Part shown: positions 37,957 through 40,053 of the stretch, one piece after another
Numbering within the stretch: the first letter of the stretch is position 1
Layout: each line of letters starts with the position of its first letter
Virus record (IMG/VR): IMGVR_UViG_3300042922_000906
Coordinates: 1 to 40,053 of that record
Source: a virus
Taxonomy: Duplodnaviria; Heunggongvirae; Uroviricota; Caudoviricetes
Length of the DNA stretch: 40,053 bases
Reading direction: 5' to 3' (one strand)
The notes under the pieces: generated by a model
Seen by the model: only the letters and a program-made list of their open reading frames with translations
What the model was told of the DNA's origin: nothing
Database searches by the model: none
Position numbers and translations under genes: made by a program

Positions 37957-38250
37957 ATGAAAATATTACAAAAAGGTATAACACCAAACAGAACACATAT
38001 TCAAACAGAAGAATGGAATGAAAATTATTCATTTATGCCATATGGTAGCACTATGGCGAGCTATCCAAAATCAAAAGTAAGTCACGAAGGAACTTATGCA
38101 CCAAAGGGAAATCAAGTATACAGATTTGATTTTAATTTTAATTCAGAGACAGAAGCAAAGGACGCATTTAATAGTTTAATTAATGGAGAAAAAACTTTAG
38201 CTGATTTTAAAGCTAATTTGAATAAAAAAGAATATGCAGATTGTATATAA
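37957..38250 (+). CDS. hypothetical early protein
   Basis: AGGAG RBS; start revised from track. Confidence 0.72.
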   Translation: MKILQKGITPNRTHIQTEEWNENYSFMPYGSTMASYPKSKVSHEGTYAPKGNQVYRFDFNFNSETEAKDAFNSLINGEKTLADFKANLNKKEYADCI

Positions 38251-38331
38251 CAGAGGGCTTCTAAGGGATTGAGCCTATCAGCCTTATTCTAGCTATAACA
38301 GCGAATGATTTTTATATAGAGGGATTTTATT

Positions 38332-38535
38332 ATGAAGTATATTATGGAAGTTTGTCATTCAATTAAAATGAAAAGAAAAGATGGAGCAAATGCTTTTTGG
38401 TGTTTGTTTGGATTTATAGAACAGAATAAAAACGAAGAATATTTTTATACTGAATATGCAATAGAAAATCCTAGAACAATTGCAGTTAAAGAAATGCCTG
38501 AAGAGTGTAAACAGTGTATTATATCATTATTATAA
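38332..38535 (+). CDS. hypothetical early protein
   Basis: GAGGG RBS. Confidence 0.65.
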   Translation: MKYIMEVCHSIKMKRKDGANAFWCLFGFIEQNKNEEYFYTEYAIENPRTIAVKEMPEECKQCIISLL

Positions 38536-38548
38536 AGAGGGTTATACA

Positions 38549-38860
38549 ATGAGTTATGGAAAAGCAATGAAACATGCTAATAATCACAGAAAAGATAGGT
38601 TTTTTCAACCAATTTTAGGAATGCCCTTTAATGGATTGAAAGAAGGAGAACATATAGAGAGTCATTACAGTTTTGCCAAAAGAACTGCAACTGGATATAA
38701 TGTGAGAGTTTATGATAAAGAGAAACGAGAGTATGTTCAAGCATCAGAAGAATTTTTAACAGAAGACGAAGCAGTTGAGTTCATTAAAACACTTTCAGAA
38801 TATGATCAATTAGGTTCTAGAATATATAGCACTGAAGGAATGCATATAAGTGGCTGGTAA
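38549..38860 (+). CDS. hypothetical early protein
   Basis: AGAGGG RBS before MSYGKAM. Confidence 0.7.
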   Translation: MSYGKAMKHANNHRKDRFFQPILGMPFNGLKEGEHIESHYSFAKRTATGYNVRVYDKEKREYVQASEEFLTEDEAVEFIKTLSEYDQLGSRIYSTEGMHISGW

Positions 38861-38895
38861 TTAATGTTTACAGCATTAATTTACCATGATATGCT
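38860..38895 (+). promoter_or_regulatory. promoter/operator of the XRE gene
   Basis: ATTAATGTTTACAGCATTAAT (19/21 identical to 36088 palindrome); TTTACA-17-TATGCT with extended TG. Confidence 0.65.
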
Positions 38896-38904
38896 ATAAC
38901 AGAG

Positions 38905-39162
38905 GTGATGTCATTGAATCAAAATGAAATATTAGATTTAATAAACCAGTATAACAGTACAGACCGACAAATAATAAAAAATAATTTAAGGCGTTTAATG
39001 GATGATCACAATATAAGGCCAATTGACATAATGGAATTAGGATTTGCACGTAATAATGTATATGCCTGGACTAATCAAACTTCTGTAAATATACCTCTGT
39101 TTGAACAGGCATTACAAATAGCTTGTAAGTGGGAATTTACTATAGAAGAATTTTTGAAATAA
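38905..39162 (+). CDS. XRE/Cro-like helix-turn-helix regulator
   Basis: LRRLMDDHNIRPIDIMELGFARNNVYAWTN..PLFEQALQIA..TIEEFL pattern. Confidence 0.7.
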   Translation: MMSLNQNEILDLINQYNSTDRQIIKNNLRRLMDDHNIRPIDIMELGFARNNVYAWTNQTSVNIPLFEQALQIACKWEFTIEEFLK

Positions 39163-39215
39163 AGCAATAACAGATACGAGAACTTAAAACTATTATTTTA
39201 ATGGAGGTTATTAAA

Positions 39216-39542
39216 ATGACATATCAAGAAATACACAATATTATTTATAGTCCAGAACATAATTATACTTTAGTACAATCAACAGGGGATTTTCAATGTC
39301 CTGATACCGGATGGGGTTGTGTAATACATTGGAATACAGATAATAACAATATGTGGGCAGAAATATGCGAAGATGGAATTTGGGATATAACAAAATGTGA
39401 TGAACAAGTTAAACTTGATACAATTAAGTGGTGTGAAAATTTCGGTATAAAAAAAATAATTGATGTACAACACGCAAACATGACTTTAACAAACATATTA
39501 GGAATAGAAGAAGCGAAATTATACTATTTCGATGAATATTGA
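39216..39542 (+). CDS. hypothetical early protein
   Basis: GGAGG RBS; flanked by perfect boundary motifs at 39185 and 39550. Confidence 0.72.
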   Translation: MTYQEIHNIIYSPEHNYTLVQSTGDFQCPDTGWGCVIHWNTDNNNMWAEICEDGIWDITKCDEQVKLDTIKWCENFGIKKIIDVQHANMTLTNILGIEEAKLYYFDEY

Positions 39543-39609
39543 AAGCACTTAAAACAAGGATTTTAAGGGTTAAGACCAATACTACATTTCATGAAAAGCG
39601 AAAGGAAGA

Positions 39610-39867
39610 TTGATTATGAATCAAAATATTAAAGAAATTTCAGATAGTGATTTAATTCAAATATGTAAAGAAATATATATTTGGAGAAAAACGGGAGATT
39701 TAAAACTTGATGGATTATTCAAAAAGTTTTTTGATGAGCATGAAAAGGATTTTATCAGTAATATTAGAAATTGTGAGGATGATTTGATTATTGAATCTCA
39801 CAAAAGATATGAAGATATGGTTAAGCTTTTATTTATATCTCAGCCGAATATGTATATAAGTAGATAA
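39610..39867 (+). CDS. hypothetical early protein
   Basis: AAAGGAAG RBS. Confidence 0.7.
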   Translation: MIMNQNIKEISDSDLIQICKEIYIWRKTGDLKLDGLFKKFFDEHEKDFISNIRNCEDDLIIESHKRYEDMVKLLFISQPNMYISR

Positions 39868-39904
39868 AAGGTGAATTGGTGTTAACAGAAAGGACAGTAT
39901 TAGA

Positions 39905-40053
39905 ATGAATATGTATGAAAAAGAATACAGTTTTATTTTTGAGGTCTGGGAAATTGTAACAAACCCAACTATGAAAACAATAATGGGTGGGAAATTAGTA
40001 GGTACAAAAGAAATAAAGCTAAGTGCCGAAGATGATAAAATAGCAATTAAAAA
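39905..40053 (+). CDS. partial hypothetical ORF running off the window
   Basis: AGAAAGGA RBS, ATG 39905, no stop before window end. Confidence 0.5.
   Translation, partial: MNMYEKEYSFIFEVWEIVTNPTMKTIMGGKLVGTKEIKLSAEDDKIAIK

Larger units (their letters stand above)
853..39565. repeat. dispersed palindromic gene-boundary element TAAAA-N6-TTTTA
   Basis: Perfect copies start at 853, 2605, 19399, 28867, 29107, 31191, 31986, 32124, 32560, 39185, 39550; variants at 12682, 29828 (N5), 31750, 32957, 36033. Confidence 0.8.
1..40053. mobile_element. SPbeta-like temperate siphovirus/prophage segment (virion module, phage RNAP, early accessory region)
   Basis: Gene order RNAP - phosphoesterase - terS - terL - portal - protease - decoration - capsid - connectors - tail tube - tyrosine recombinase matches the SPbeta yonO..yomM layout as I recall it; divergent array of small early ORFs; no host housekeeping genes. 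Confidence 0.92.

Noticed and set aside
28833-39496. Minus-strand and alternate-frame ORFs in the early region (e.g. 28833, 29222, 31705, 34975, 36315, 39293)
   Set aside because: Antisense or overlapping shadows of RBS-supported plus-strand genes.
1-40053. CRISPR or TIGR-like tandem array
   Set aside because: No regularly spaced repeat-spacer array seen. The boundary motif is separated by whole genes, and no cas or Nop-domain gene was recognised.

Overview
AT-rich segment (roughly 70% AT by eye) of a large temperate SPbeta-like siphovirus or prophage, probably of a clostridial host. Left arm (1-25414, minus strand): a rep-like ORF, a YonO-type single-subunit RNA polymerase, a beta-CASP nuclease, a holin, a metallophosphoesterase, small and large terminase, portal, prohead protease/scaffold, decoration protein, major capsid, head-tail connectors, tail tube, a RusA-like resolvase, tail chaperone-like genes and an intact tyrosine recombinase (YomM-like position). 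A 2.9-kb mostly non-coding hinge (25415-28280) holds origin-like hairpins, a local skew inversion, a strong sigma-A promoter and a structured, terminated leader RNA. Right arm (28288-40053, plus strand): about 30 small early/accessory ORFs, including a RelE-type toxin pair, a stand-alone DUF262 protein and an XRE regulator. Main unexplained signals: (1) a palindromic TAAAA-N6-TTTTA element at gene boundaries, with 11 perfect intergenic copies, often starting on the stop codon and including the recombinase's own stop, so the accessory region looks like a cassette array; (2) a non-coding structured RNA bracketed by two of these elements; (3) a type-P5 twister ribozyme with covarying pseudoknots between early genes; (4) a 21-bp palindromic operator shared by two promoters. 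All family assignments come from motif recognition and synteny, not database searches.
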